Shown here piece by piece: positions 1-10,188 of a DNA stretch of 64,000 nt (position 1 is the stretch's first letter; every line of letters begins with the position of its first letter). Below the pieces are notes generated by a model, which worked only from the letters and a program-made list of their open reading frames with translations, was not told the origin of the DNA and ran no database searches. This DNA is from Thermodesulfovibrionales bacterium. Its GTDB lineage: Bacteria > Nitrospirota > Thermodesulfovibrionia > Thermodesulfovibrionales > SM23-35. Both the position numbers and the translations under genes were made by a program. Where the stretch lies: contig CAVQRT010000030.1 in the NCBI GenBank assembly GCA_963715195.1, positions 192,001 to 256,000 of the forward strand, read 5' to 3'.

Positions 1-1
1 A

Positions 2-811
2 GGAACTACAGTTACAGGCTTAAACAGGCCAACCCAGGTCGCAATCGATTCTGTTCATAAAGAGATTTTTGTAGCAAATAGCAGAAATTATTCGATCACC
101 GTCTTTCCTACGCTATCCGATGGAAATGTCATTCCACTGAGGACTATGGCTGGGACCGCAACCGGATTGCAAAATGGGCTCAATAACATAGCTGTTGATG
201 CTGTGAACAATGAGATTTTTTCGGCAAATTATGGCAATAAATCAGTTACGGTATATTCAAGGAATGGGAATGGAAATATAGCTCCGCTGAGGACAATCTC
301 CGGGACAGTGACCGGACTCATCGGACCGCAAAGTGTAGCTGTTGATGCTGTGAACAATGAGGTCTTCGTAATGAATTATCAACCTTCCCCCTCCCCGATT
401 GGACAACCGATCATTACTATCACTGTTTTTGCGAGGACTGCTGATGAAAATGTGGCTCCATTGAGAACGATTGCGGGTAGTGCTACAGGATTACGTGGAG
501 CGGACGGAATAGCAATTGATACTGAACTGAATGAAATTTTTATAGCAAATAACGACTCCATCTCTGTTTTTTCAAGAACCGCTGCAGGGAATGTCTCCCC
601 CTTGAGGACAATTTCAGGAAGCTCAACCGGCTTGCGAGGGGCAAATGGCATAGCAATTGATCATGCAAGAAATGAGATCTATGTAGAAAATATTGATTGT
701 ATCGCCGTTTTTTTAAGAACAGCTGATGGGAATACTGCCCCCCTGAGAACGATTGCGGGTAGTGCTACAAATCTAATTTTTTCAAGTGGTTTAGCACTCG
801 AAACCCGATGA
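2..811 (+). CDS. Beta-propeller (NHL-like) repeat protein, 5'-partial
   Basis: The frame is open from base 2 (GTTVTGLNRPTQVAIDSVHKEIFVAN...). It carries at least 5 repeats of about 47 aa of the form PLRTIxGxxTGLxGxxxIAxDxxNNEIFVxN...SIxVFxRTAxGNxA. Confidence 0.8.
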   Translation, partial: GTTVTGLNRPTQVAIDSVHKEIFVANSRNYSITVFPTLSDGNVIPLRTMAGTATGLQNGLNNIAVDAVNNEIFSANYGNKSVTVYSRNGNGNIAPLRTISGTVTGLIGPQSVAVDAVNNEVFVMNYQPSPSPIGQPIITITVFARTADENVAPLRTIAGSATGLRGADGIAIDTELNEIFIANNDSISVFSRTAAGNVSPLRTISGSSTGLRGANGIAIDHARNEIYVENIDCIAVFLRTADGNTAPLRTIAGSATNLIFSSGLALETR

Positions 812-925
812 GAAACAGAGTAATTAAAAAGGCATGCTGCAGTATCTTTCAAAAAAAATTGTGTAAGAGGTTACATCTCTATATCAAGATGGAGAAACAA
901 ACTAGCAATACTCAAGGAGGAAAGA

Positions 926-1456
926 ATGACTCAGTGGATTATTGATCCTGATCATTCGGTGGCTGCATTTGTTGTCAGGCACATGATGGTTGCTAATGTG
1001 AGAGGGCAGTTTAACAGAATTAGCGGAACGATTGCCTTTGATCCGGATAATATAGCCGGGTCTTCTGTTGATGTTGGGATCGATGCCCATGGAATTTATA
1101 CCGGCATTCAAAAAAGGGACGATCATCTTCGCAGTCCTGATTTTCTTGATGTGGAACAATACCCTCATATCAAATTCAAGAGCACAAATGTTGAAGGTAC
1201 CGGAGACAATCGGTTCAGAATCGCAGGTGATCTTACTATTCGTGGAATTACAAAAAAAGTGATACTTCTGGCGGAGGTTGCAGGGCCGGAAAACAGCCCT
1301 TACGGTGAGACCAGCATCGGGTTTGCGGCGAGTGGATCACTTGACCGTGAAGATTATAACATTATGTGGAATGTGCCTCTTGGGAGCGGAGGGGTAATGG
1401 TAGGGAAAGAAATAACGATCGCCATTGACATAGAAGCAGATAGCCTAGAGAAATAA
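926..1456 (+). CDS. yceI: YceI family lipid/polyisoprenoid-binding protein
   Basis: Motifs W-x-IDPDHS-x-AFxVRHMM, RDDHLRSPDFLD and GDLTIRG; GGAGG RBS upstream. Confidence 0.9.
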   Translation: MTQWIIDPDHSVAAFVVRHMMVANVRGQFNRISGTIAFDPDNIAGSSVDVGIDAHGIYTGIQKRDDHLRSPDFLDVEQYPHIKFKSTNVEGTGDNRFRIAGDLTIRGITKKVILLAEVAGPENSPYGETSIGFAASGSLDREDYNIMWNVPLGSGGVMVGKEITIAIDIEADSLEK

Positions 1457-1485
1457 ACTGCTAACACATTGATAATAAAAAGAAA

Positions 1486-2025
1486 TCATGAAATTTTATT
1501 CTTGCCCGGCTGGCACTTGATACCCTCAAAGGCATAAATAATTCTTCTCTCCATTTCCTTGCGTTTTTCCGGAAACGGAATTTTTTGAAAATTCTTTATC
1601 AGTATAGTAGCCTCATGGCGTGTAGGAAGATTCTGAACTGGTACTTGAGTAAAGGAATTGCTTATGATATCAAATATTTTTGCTTTTTCACCGTCAGTAA
1701 TTACTGCATAGGGTATTTGATAATCCATAATTGCCCGAGCGAACGCAATGACATATCTCTCCCATGACTCGATCCCTGACGGGACACACCGGATTACCAT
1801 AAAGCCCGTTCCCTCAAGAGTAATCATAAAGTCGATACCTGCTGTAGCTTCTCCTGTACTCAATATTACTCTGAACTGCGGATCGATTTGTATTTCCTCC
1901 GGATGAAAACCTTTATCTTCAGTTAGAATCTCGTACAGAACCCGTTGAACACCCCGAAGCTGCATCCTCTCAATGAATTCCTTTTCAGCAATCTTCTCCT
2001 GGATTAATTTTTCACGATCTTCCAT
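1486..2025 (-). CDS. Stand-alone HsdR-N-terminal-like (PD-(D/E)xK fold) protein
   Basis: LTEDKGFHPEEIQID...IDFMI...YQIPYAVITDGE pattern. Start moved to ATG at 2025 because the upstream extension runs through a parS site. Confidence 0.65.
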   Translation of the reverse strand: MEDREKLIQEKIAEKEFIERMQLRGVQRVLYEILTEDKGFHPEEIQIDPQFRVILSTGEATAGIDFMITLEGTGFMVIRCVPSGIESWERYVIAFARAIMDYQIPYAVITDGEKAKIFDIISNSFTQVPVQNLPTRHEATILIKNFQKIPFPEKRKEMERRIIYAFEGIKCQPGKNKIS

Positions 2026-2092
2026 GTCGTAACCCCGCTTTTGGTTACATTTTATAATGATATGGTAAGTCATATCAAGATTCTTTCTATAT

Positions 2093-2108
2093 TGTTCCAC
2101 GTGGAACA
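2093..2108. promoter_or_regulatory. parS: parS site 1 (ParB-binding palindrome)
   Basis: TGTTCCACGTGGAACA matches the canonical parS consensus. The perfect palindrome extends over 2090-2111. Confidence 0.9.
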
Positions 2109-2341
2109 ATAATAGAACTTGAAAATGGATTTTATTAAGAAAGAGGCGGGCAGATATGTGGGAAAAACCTCTCATGAGCAGAATTTATGATATTAAGATT
2201 GCAAATTGTAGTGAATGAATAAATGTAGCTTGTTCTGTTTATCAGCCGCCTGCGAAGATGCTGCATGAGAGCTTTCCCTCATATCTGCCTGCCGTAAACT
2301 GCATTTTTCGAGTCAAATATCCGTATGCTGATAGATGACAT

Positions 2342-2357
2342 TGTTCCACGTGGAACA
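2342..2357. promoter_or_regulatory. parS: parS site 2
   Basis: A second exact TGTTCCACGTGGAACA, 249 bp from the first and about 90 bp upstream of smc. Confidence 0.9.
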
Positions 2358-2444
2358 GGTCTGACGTAAGAGAACGGTATTAGATCGGAATCGTGCAAGA
2401 ATTATCTTGTCTGCACGGTATTCATATTGTATAGTATTTGGGAA

Positions 2445-5400
2445 ATGCGAATAGATAAAATCGAATTAATAGGGTTTAAATCCTTTACGGACAGGACAAC
2501 ATTTCATTTTCATCCCGGGATCACCTGCATAGTCGGTCCGAACGGATGCGGAAAAAGCAATATTGTTGATGCATTCCGATGGGTCCTTGGAGAACAAAGT
2601 GCAAAGAGCCTGAGGGGTGAAAAAATGGAGGAGGTTATTTTTAATGGTTCTGCTTCAAAGAAACCCAAAGGAATGGCTGAAGTCACCATTTTTTTATCCG
2701 GAATAAACAATTCACCGGAATCTGACACAACCAGAGAGGTCTCTGAAGCTTCAACAGACACCGTATCGGTTACAAGACGCCTTTACCGGTCCGGTGACAG
2801 CGAGTACATGCTCAACAAGAGTCAATGCAGGTTAAAGGACATAAAAGACCTTTTCCTTGATACAGGGCTAGAGGTGAAAAGCTACTCTATCCTTGAGCAG
2901 GACAGAATAGCCGAAATTCTGAATGCGAAGCCTCTGGAAAGGCGGTTCTTAATAGAAGAAGTAGCTGGTGTTATGAAGTACAATGTGAGAAAGAAAGAGG
3001 CCATATCCAAGCTTGAATCTTCGAGAGCAAATCTTCAGAGGATAAACGATATTATTACAGAGGTGAAAAAACAGATCAGTTTTCTCGACCGTCTCGTGAA
3101 AAAAGCCGAGAGATATAAGAAGCTTATATCCGAAATTCATGCCATAGAACTAAAAATAGCAAAACGGGATTATCTGTTTCTCAAAAATTCATTTCAGGAT
3201 ATTACTACTGAACATAACGCCCTAAAAGAACAGGAAACAGAGAAAAAGGCCGGCCTTTCAAAAATTGAGAATGATATTGAGACAAAAAAACTGAAACTCC
3301 TCGAAAAAGAGAAGATTTTGGAACAAGTTCAGACTACGTTTTTTAATCTCGAAAAAGAGATAGCTGCATTGGAAAAAACTATTGCCGTAGCAAGGACAGA
3401 AAGAGACAATTTCAAAGAATATCTTATAAAACTCCGTAACCAGGACGAAGAATATACAAAAAAAGAAGAAGATTGTACGCTCCGGAGATCAGAATTAGAA
3501 AGGATCGAGAGAGAACTCGCGGAATCTGTAGAGAGACAGGAAGAGCTGCTTGCTGATAAATCTGAGCATATGCGCACACTTGAAGATGAGTTGATGGAGA
3601 CCGAAGACCTGCTTGAGGGAAAGAGACGGGATGTTTTCAAGATTTCAGAGGAACTCAGTATGCTGAGAAATGTACAGAGCAGACAGCAGACCGCTCTTGA
3701 GGGTTTGAGCCACAGGGAAGAGACGGCGAAAAAAGATACCGAGAATGTCAAGAAAGTACTTTCGGATCTGGATTTCTCCTTAAGTGAGATGGATTCAAAT
3801 CTGCTCGTAAAAAATAATGATATTCTGCTTCTGAAAGATCAAAAAACTACAAAATTCAATGAATTATCCGCCGAAAAGGACAGAGTCGAGCAACTTCGGG
3901 AAAAACTGGCTAATCGTAAAGAAGACCTTGCCTCATACAATACCAGAATCGAGTCACTCAATGAGGTTATTTTTGATGGGACGACAAAAGAATTCCTGAC
4001 CGGCGATTTCGATTTTCAGCTCATAGCGTCTCTGGCAGATATATTCGAGATAGAACACGAGTATGAAAAGGCAATAGAAAGTGTACTTTCGGAAAAAGTG
4101 AATTCGTTTATTCTTTCATCCTATGACGATATCGAAAATGCAGTGATGCGATTAAAAGAAAAAGGCTTGGGAAGAACTTCTTTTATCCCTGTTCATCCCC
4201 CTTCACAAGGTTTCAATGCAGATGCTCCAGAGGATGTGATGGGAAAAGCTCTTGATTTTGTTAGAACGAAAGAAGAATTTCTGAATATTGCACAAAATAT
4301 TTTGGCGAATGTTTTTATTGTGAAAGACATTAGGACCGGGCTCCGGTTAATTTCCTCAGGCCATCGATCATTATATGTAACACGCGAGGGGGAGGTTATT
4401 GAACCATCCGGCGCCGTTATCGCGGGAGAAATAAAAGGCGTATTTAAGAGAAAACGGGAGATCCGGGAGATTGAAAGCGCGCGAGAGGAGACCAGGACCA
4501 AAATTCATCAACTACAGACCTCTTTGACTGCAGGCCAGCAGGGCATTGAATCAAAAGAGGTAGAGCTAAAAAATATCGAGACAGCCATAACTGATAAAGA
4601 AAAAGAGATTTCAATTATGAAGCTTACATCAGAAAACTACAGGGAAGAGAAAGAGAGAAGGAGCAGGAAACTGGCTTACCTTTCTCTCGAGATTGAGCAG
4701 ATAGCAAGGGAAAAGGCATCTGTCGAAAAGCTTCTGAATGAGAAGGAAGAGGAAATTCGTTTAGTCGAATCAAAAAAAGCGGGTACTGAACGGAGTGGCT
4801 CATCTTTGCAGGAGGAAATTTCCCGGAAGAGATTGAACCTTGATGAATACCGGTCAGAAGTAACCGATATACGGCTTGCAATTACCTCTTTCAGGGAAAG
4901 GTTGGAGGCTGTTAGCAAGGAAAAAGAGAACATTTCCAGGGAACTGGATGAAAACAAACAGAAAATGGCTTTTCTTGCTGAGGAAGTATCATCAACAAAG
5001 ATACGCATACAGCATCGTGAGGAAGAAACGGCTGAAATAGAATTACAAATCAAAGGGTTGGTTGCGGAGGCAGACAGGTACAAAAAAGACGTTTCAGAGC
5101 GAAAGGAAGTAATCGATGCCGAAAATGAAGAACTGTTAACTGCAGATCATGAGCTGAAAGAGATCAGAAAAGAGGTCGAATCTCTGTCGACAAGGATTGC
5201 TGAACTCGAGATACAGAAAGCTGAGCATAACGTGAAGATGGAAACCCTGCGGGAACAGATCTATCAAAATTATGGATTAGCCATAGATACTCTTGAAACG
5301 GAACCACTGACTGCTGAAGATGAAGAAAGACTTGTTGATCTCAGATCAAAAATCAATGAACTCGGGCAGGTCAATATCGGGACCATTGAGGAATATGAGG

Positions 5401-5960
5401 AGCTGCGTTCGCGGTATGAATTTCTCAAAAATCAACAGGAAGATCTGGATAAGTCCATAGCCGAACTTGAAGAGGCAATAGCAAAGATCAATGTGACAAC
5501 CAGGAAAAAACTCAGAGAGGCTTTTGAAGCCCTAAGGACCAAATTTGCGGAGGTTTTTGAGTCACTTTTCTCCGGCGGGAGGGCGGAACTGGTCATGACT
5601 GATGAGAATAATATCCTTGAGACAGGAATTGATATCATTGCCCAGCCTCCCGGAAAGAGGCTGCAGAATATCAATCTCCTGTCAGGGGGCGAAAAAACGC
5701 TTACAGCACTCTCGTTGCTCTTTGCAAGCTTTCTCATTAAACCGACCCCTCTCTGCATTCTCGATGAAGCAGACTCGGCACTGGATGAGGTAAATACTGA
5801 TAAATTTTCGAATATGGTGAAGGATTTTTCGAAGGGCACCCAGTTTATTGTTGTTACCCATAACAGAAACACCATGGGGGTTGCGGATTATATTTACGGG
5901 ATCACGATGGAAGAAGCAGGGGTATCAAAAGTTATTTCAATGCAGCTTGTTGAAGCGTAA
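2445..5960 (+). CDS. smc: Chromosome segregation protein SMC
   Basis: Walker A GPNGCGKS, long coiled coils, central hinge (VTREGEVIEPSGAVIAG), LSGGE signature, Walker B ILDEAD. Start at ATG 2445 (MRIDKIELIGFKSF). Confidence 0.97.
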   Translation: MRIDKIELIGFKSFTDRTTFHFHPGITCIVGPNGCGKSNIVDAFRWVLGEQSAKSLRGEKMEEVIFNGSASKKPKGMAEVTIFLSGINNSPESDTTREVSEASTDTVSVTRRLYRSGDSEYMLNKSQCRLKDIKDLFLDTGLEVKSYSILEQDRIAEILNAKPLERRFLIEEVAGVMKYNVRKKEAISKLESSRANLQRINDIITEVKKQISFLDRLVKKAERYKKLISEIHAIELKIAKRDYLFLKNSFQDITTEHNALKEQETEKKAGLSKIENDIETKKLKLLEKEKILEQVQTTFFNLEKEIAALEKTIAVARTERDNFKEYLIKLRNQDEEYTKKEEDCTLRRSELERIERELAESVERQEELLADKSEHMRTLEDELMETEDLLEGKRRDVFKISEELSMLRNVQSRQQTALEGLSHREETAKKDTENVKKVLSDLDFSLSEMDSNLLVKNNDILLLKDQKTTKFNELSAEKDRVEQLREKLANRKEDLASYNTRIESLNEVIFDGTTKEFLTGDFDFQLIASLADIFEIEHEYEKAIESVLSEKVNSFILSSYDDIENAVMRLKEKGLGRTSFIPVHPPSQGFNADAPEDVMGKALDFVRTKEEFLNIAQNILANVFIVKDIRTGLRLISSGHRSLYVTREGEVIEPSGAVIAGEIKGVFKRKREIREIESAREETRTKIHQLQTSLTAGQQGIESKEVELKNIETAITDKEKEISIMKLTSENYREEKERRSRKLAYLSLEIEQIAREKASVEKLLNEKEEEIRLVESKKAGTERSGSSLQEEISRKRLNLDEYRSEVTDIRLAITSFRERLEAVSKEKENISRELDENKQKMAFLAEEVSSTKIRIQHREEETAEIELQIKGLVAEADRYKKDVSERKEVIDAENEELLTADHELKEIRKEVESLSTRIAELEIQKAEHNVKMETLREQIYQNYGLAIDTLETEPLTAEDEERLVDLRSKINELGQVNIGTIEEYEELRSRYEFLKNQQEDLDKSIAELEEAIAKINVTTRKKLREAFEALRTKFAEVFESLFSGGRAELVMTDENNILETGIDIIAQPPGKRLQNINLLSGGEKTLTALSLLFASFLIKPTPLCILDEADSALDEVNTDKFSNMVKDFSKGTQFIVVTHNRNTMGVADYIYGITMEEAGVSKVISMQLVEA

Positions 5961-6049
5961 TAACCAATCTTCTCTTTTCAGATATCTTCCTACTCGTATA
6001 AAATAAACAGATACGCGGCAAGAGTTTATTTGGTTTGTTTTGAGATATT

Positions 6050-7426
6050 ATGGTGACCATCCCAATAAATATAGCCCGGATTGGAGACCGGCTTCCGGAT
6101 ATAGCATTTTCTACCGCTCCCGAGGACCTCATTTGCTACGGCTTTGATGCATCTGGAATTGAGATTTGCCCGTCTGCTGTCGTCTGGCCTCGCACAACAG
6201 AAGATGTTGTTAGGGTAATGAAATACGCCTGCGAACATGAAATCCCCGTTGTTCCCAGGGGGGCCGGGACAGGAGTGACAGCAGGAGCAACACCGTCAAA
6301 AGGTTCAATTGTCTTGAGTTTTGAAAAAATGAAGAAAATCATAGAGATAGACGCTCAGAACCTGAACGTTCTCTGTGAACCCGGGGTTATAAACGGGAGA
6401 CTCCAGCGCGAGCTTGAATGGAACGGGCTCTTTTATCCGCCTGACCCTGCGAGCATGAATTTCTGCACGATCGGCGGTAATGTTGCAGAAAATGCAGGAG
6501 GACCAAGGGCTCTGAAATACGGTGTTACGAGAGATTATGTCATGGAAATAGAGGCTGTTCTGCCAGATGGTGAAGTAATGACAACGGGGGTTAAAACGAC
6601 CAAGGGAGTCGTAGGATATGATCTGACACGATTATTGACAGGATCAGAAGGCACCCTGGCTGTTTTTACGAAAATCCGTCTCAAAATTCTTCCCCTGCCC
6701 GAAGATGTTGTCACCTTGCTTGCCGTTTTTACGGGCCTTGAATCAGCGGGTGATGCAGTGACAAACATTATTGCTTCTAAAATCATCCCGAGAACTTTAG
6801 AATTCATGGACCGAAAAGCGATTGAAGCAGTCGAAACATATAGGCCCATAGGGCTTCCAACAGATGCAGAGGCTTTACTTCTTATAGAGCTGGACGGTCA
6901 GCCGTCCGCGATTACACGGGAGGCAGAAAAGATAGTTGATCTCTGTGCAGGGCTCGGAGCAGAAATCAATATGGCAAAAGATGAATTTGCCAAGAACAAC
7001 CTGTGGGCATCACGGCGTGCTGTGTCTCCCGCCCTCTATCATGTTAAGCCAACGAAAATAAATGAAGATATTGTAGTTCCGCGCAACAGGATAACAGAAA
7101 TGCTCAGGCATCTGAGAGGGCTCTCTGAAAAGAGCGGAATTACCATCGTGAACTTTGGCCATGCCGGAGACGGGAATATCCATGTGAATATTATGGTTGA
7201 CAGGAATGATACAGAAGAATATCAGAAAGGTTCAGATCTCGTTGAGCAGATCTTCAGGAAAGCCCTTGAACTGGGCGGCACCATATCAGGAGAACACGGC
7301 ATCGGCCTGACGAAGGCAAAATACGTGAATATGGAACTTTCCAGACGCGAGGTGAAAGTCATGGAGTCCATAAAAAACGTTTTCGATCCCAAAAATATCC
7401 TCAATCCGGGCAAAATCTTCTCATGA
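6050..7426 (+). CDS. glcD: FAD-linked oxidase, GlcD/D-lactate dehydrogenase family
   Basis: PRGAGTG, YPPDPAS, TIGGNVAENAGG, GHAGDGNIH, GEHGIG, DPKNILNPGK. Confidence 0.88.
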   Translation: MVTIPINIARIGDRLPDIAFSTAPEDLICYGFDASGIEICPSAVVWPRTTEDVVRVMKYACEHEIPVVPRGAGTGVTAGATPSKGSIVLSFEKMKKIIEIDAQNLNVLCEPGVINGRLQRELEWNGLFYPPDPASMNFCTIGGNVAENAGGPRALKYGVTRDYVMEIEAVLPDGEVMTTGVKTTKGVVGYDLTRLLTGSEGTLAVFTKIRLKILPLPEDVVTLLAVFTGLESAGDAVTNIIASKIIPRTLEFMDRKAIEAVETYRPIGLPTDAEALLLIELDGQPSAITREAEKIVDLCAGLGAEINMAKDEFAKNNLWASRRAVSPALYHVKPTKINEDIVVPRNRITEMLRHLRGLSEKSGITIVNFGHAGDGNIHVNIMVDRNDTEEYQKGSDLVEQIFRKALELGGTISGEHGIGLTKAKYVNMELSRREVKVMESIKNVFDPKNILNPGKIFS

Positions 7427-8310
7427 GAATTCTTCTACCCACAGACGGTTCTGAATATTCCGAAGCTGCTGCAAAATTTCTCCTCAGACTGAATCTGTCA
7501 TCTCATGACGAAATCTCCATCCTCCATGTTATCAGTGAAGAACCATTCCAAGACAGTGAAGATTATTACTCCAGGAGGATCCTGGAGGTTAAGCACACTA
7601 TCGCGCCCAGAATAATCGATAACCTGGTGAATATCCTGAAAGCAGGGCCTGCACAAATCAAAAAGGCTATCGTGCCCGGTTATCCTGATACCTGTATTAT
7701 CGATATGTCGATAAACCGAAATGCCGACCTGATTGTTATGGGTCCGAAAAGAGTAAAGGGAATCCGGTCGCACATTGTCGGCAGCATAACGAAATCAGTG
7801 TCTATCAATTCCACGAAACCGATACTCGTTATCAAACCGTCCGGTGACGGCATTTCCGACAGAATGAAAATCCTGTTCCCGACGGATGGCTCTGATTTTG
7901 CGCTGAAGGCCGGTGAACTATTAATGTCAATGCCCTTGCATGACACCACGGAAATAACCTTACTTCATGTAATCACACCTGCTTTTTACGACATTCCCGA
8001 GCAGTATATGTCGAAGATGGATACAGGAATGAAAAAAGATTTGAAAAGTCTGATGGATAAGGAATTCAGCGCATCCGACAATATTGTCGCACAGGCAGCA
8101 GATTACCTGCGCGGACGTTTCCCACATGTTCATTCGCTTATAAAGACGGGTGATCCTACGGATGAAATACTGGGGACAGCGTATGAATTGCAATCAGACA
8201 TTATTGTACTCGGCAGCAAGGGCATGGGAGGGTTCAGAGGAGTGATCGGCAGCATATCACGATATATCCTCAGTGTCGCCGAATGCTCTGTCCTGATAGG
8301 AAAAACGTAA
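7423..8310 (+). CDS. Tandem universal stress protein
   Basis: Two USP domains (ILLPTDGS...ADLIVMG...VGSIT; ILFPTDGS...IIVLGSKG...IGSIS). Confidence 0.9.
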   Translation: MRILLPTDGSEYSEAAAKFLLRLNLSSHDEISILHVISEEPFQDSEDYYSRRILEVKHTIAPRIIDNLVNILKAGPAQIKKAIVPGYPDTCIIDMSINRNADLIVMGPKRVKGIRSHIVGSITKSVSINSTKPILVIKPSGDGISDRMKILFPTDGSDFALKAGELLMSMPLHDTTEITLLHVITPAFYDIPEQYMSKMDTGMKKDLKSLMDKEFSASDNIVAQAADYLRGRFPHVHSLIKTGDPTDEILGTAYELQSDIIVLGSKGMGGFRGVIGSISRYILSVAECSVLIGKT

Positions 8311-8510
8311 AACATACAGTGCAGATATTGCCCGAAAAATTATGTGACTCACTGATTTGATGTAAATATCTATCATTGCTCTTTGAATAAAAATACGCAC
8401 GAAACTATTCTTTTAAGGTACATTATAGTATCGAATAATAATTTTTCTCGCACAATCTGCACGTTTAAAGTCAAATGTATTTTTTGGTTTAAGGTTATGG
8501 GGAAATCATT

Positions 8511-9446
8511 ATGGCAAGGGAAACGGTTCCGGGACCTGTGAAAATCGCTATACTCGGTGCGCCGGGCTGCGTGGGGCAGAGCCTGATCAGTAAGCTGCTC
8601 GAAAAGAAAGAGTACGCCGTCGTTGCTTCCTACAGGACTGAACATGAAATACCAAAAAATATCCGGAGCGACCGTCTTCTCTGGAAGCAGGTAAATCTTC
8701 TCGATCCGCTTAGTGCAGAGAACTTTTTCAGGGAAGCGGAGGTCTTAATCTATCTCATTCACTCCCTTGGCGCAAAGAATTTTGAAGAGCTTGATATCCA
8801 ATTGGCAAATGCAGCGGGAACTGCCGCACAGAAAACCGGAGTTAGGAAAATCATTTACCTTGGCGGGATTGTTCCCGAGGGGGAAAAGGTATCTGCCCAT
8901 TTAACGAGCAGAATGAAAACAGGCCAGGCGCTTGCATCTTATGGTATTCCTGTTGGAGAAGTTCGGGCGAGCATTCTTTTAGATACCTGCAGCGCATCAT
9001 ATCTTATCGTTTATTACCTTGCCAAACGGCTCCCGGTCATGATAACGCCGCTGTTGCTCAATTCTCTCTGCGCACCGATTTCACTCGATGATGCAGCGAG
9101 TTGTATTGAAGCCATGGTCAGGAGGAACATACAAGGACATGAGATTTTTGAAATAGGTTCCGACATTGTCCGTTACCGGGATCTCCTCTCTTTGTGCGGA
9201 AAGGCAATACGGGGAGTGAAAAGCGTCATCATTCCGGTCCCGCTGTTTGCCGTCCATCTGTCCTCGCTCTGGATAGAATTAGTCACCGGTATACCAAACA
9301 GTGTCGGGAGGGCACTTGCTGAAGGGCTGAAGACAAATACTGTTCCTTCGAGGAACCGGTTCAAAGAAGTTACGGGAAGAGACCCAATCCCGCTGGAAAC
9401 CGTCCTGCATCAGCTTGCAGAAAAGATGAAGAACAAGGCAGGATGA
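8511..9446 (+). CDS. Atypical SDR / NAD(P)H-binding protein (YbjT-like)
   Basis: GAPGCVG Rossmann motif, YLIHSL, IIYLGG, SAHLTSR, RLPVMITP. Confidence 0.8.
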   Translation: MARETVPGPVKIAILGAPGCVGQSLISKLLEKKEYAVVASYRTEHEIPKNIRSDRLLWKQVNLLDPLSAENFFREAEVLIYLIHSLGAKNFEELDIQLANAAGTAAQKTGVRKIIYLGGIVPEGEKVSAHLTSRMKTGQALASYGIPVGEVRASILLDTCSASYLIVYYLAKRLPVMITPLLLNSLCAPISLDDAASCIEAMVRRNIQGHEIFEIGSDIVRYRDLLSLCGKAIRGVKSVIIPVPLFAVHLSSLWIELVTGIPNSVGRALAEGLKTNTVPSRNRFKEVTGRDPIPLETVLHQLAEKMKNKAG

Positions 9447-9481
9447 AAATTTTTATGAATTGGGCCCTGTTATAAACATAA

Positions 9482-9964
9482 TCATGAAACTTCCCAGATT
9501 GTCACGCTCTGAAATTGTGTGACATGGATGCAGGTGGATATTTCTACGAGGATCAACGCCGTTTTCGGAGAGTCGGTGACTTTTCCCAACCGTGAATGTT
9601 TTTCGGTAAATACCCTGATCAGCCTCTCCCATTGTGTACCCTTTCTGACTGGATGCGCCTTTCCCAAAATTGTAATAGACTCGGCAGACAGGTAGTCATC
9701 AGGGGTATTCTTTCTGGTATCAATGAGGAGGGAAACCCGTTCATTTTTCAGGATATTCGTATACTTCCGCGTTGACCTGGGCGTGATGAATATAAGCCCC
9801 TTTGTATCCGGCGTCAACGCATAGGCAATAAGAGAAGTATATGGCTGTCCGCCGTATTCAGTAGCAAGGACAGCATGAGGCTGGATTTTGTCTAACATGG
9901 AGAGCCGGTCCGGAACGGATACGGTCCCCTTGATCACTTTATCAGGAATGTTGCCGTGTTTCAT
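9482..9964 (-). CDS. Pyridoxamine 5'-phosphate oxidase-like FMN-binding split-barrel protein
   Basis: AVLAT...QPYTSLIAY...TPRSTRKYTNI...VSLLIDTR. Confidence 0.8.
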   Translation of the reverse strand: MKHGNIPDKVIKGTVSVPDRLSMLDKIQPHAVLATEYGGQPYTSLIAYALTPDTKGLIFITPRSTRKYTNILKNERVSLLIDTRKNTPDDYLSAESITILGKAHPVRKGTQWERLIRVFTEKHSRLGKVTDSPKTALILVEISTCIHVTQFQSVTIWEVS

Positions 9965-10188
9965 TCTATCCCACCTAATTCATAAGTTAGACGGCAGATA
10001 TTGTATGTGAGCGGATTTTTTTGCCGATAGTCAAATGTCGTATCTTAATAAATGTAGAGGCAAAAGCCTCGAAGGTCTCCCGATCTTTATCGGGAGACTG
10101 AGAATGAGCGAAAATACTGTATCTGCCGGCATATGTAACCTCTATGCACAAAAAAGACGATTTCCTCTTGCCTAATGCGCCTGGTATC

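Noticed and set aside
2..811. Nucleotide repeats such as GCTGTTGATGCTGTGAACAATGAG considered as a CRISPR-like array
   Set aside because: They are in-frame protein repeat units of a beta-propeller; no cas genes are present.
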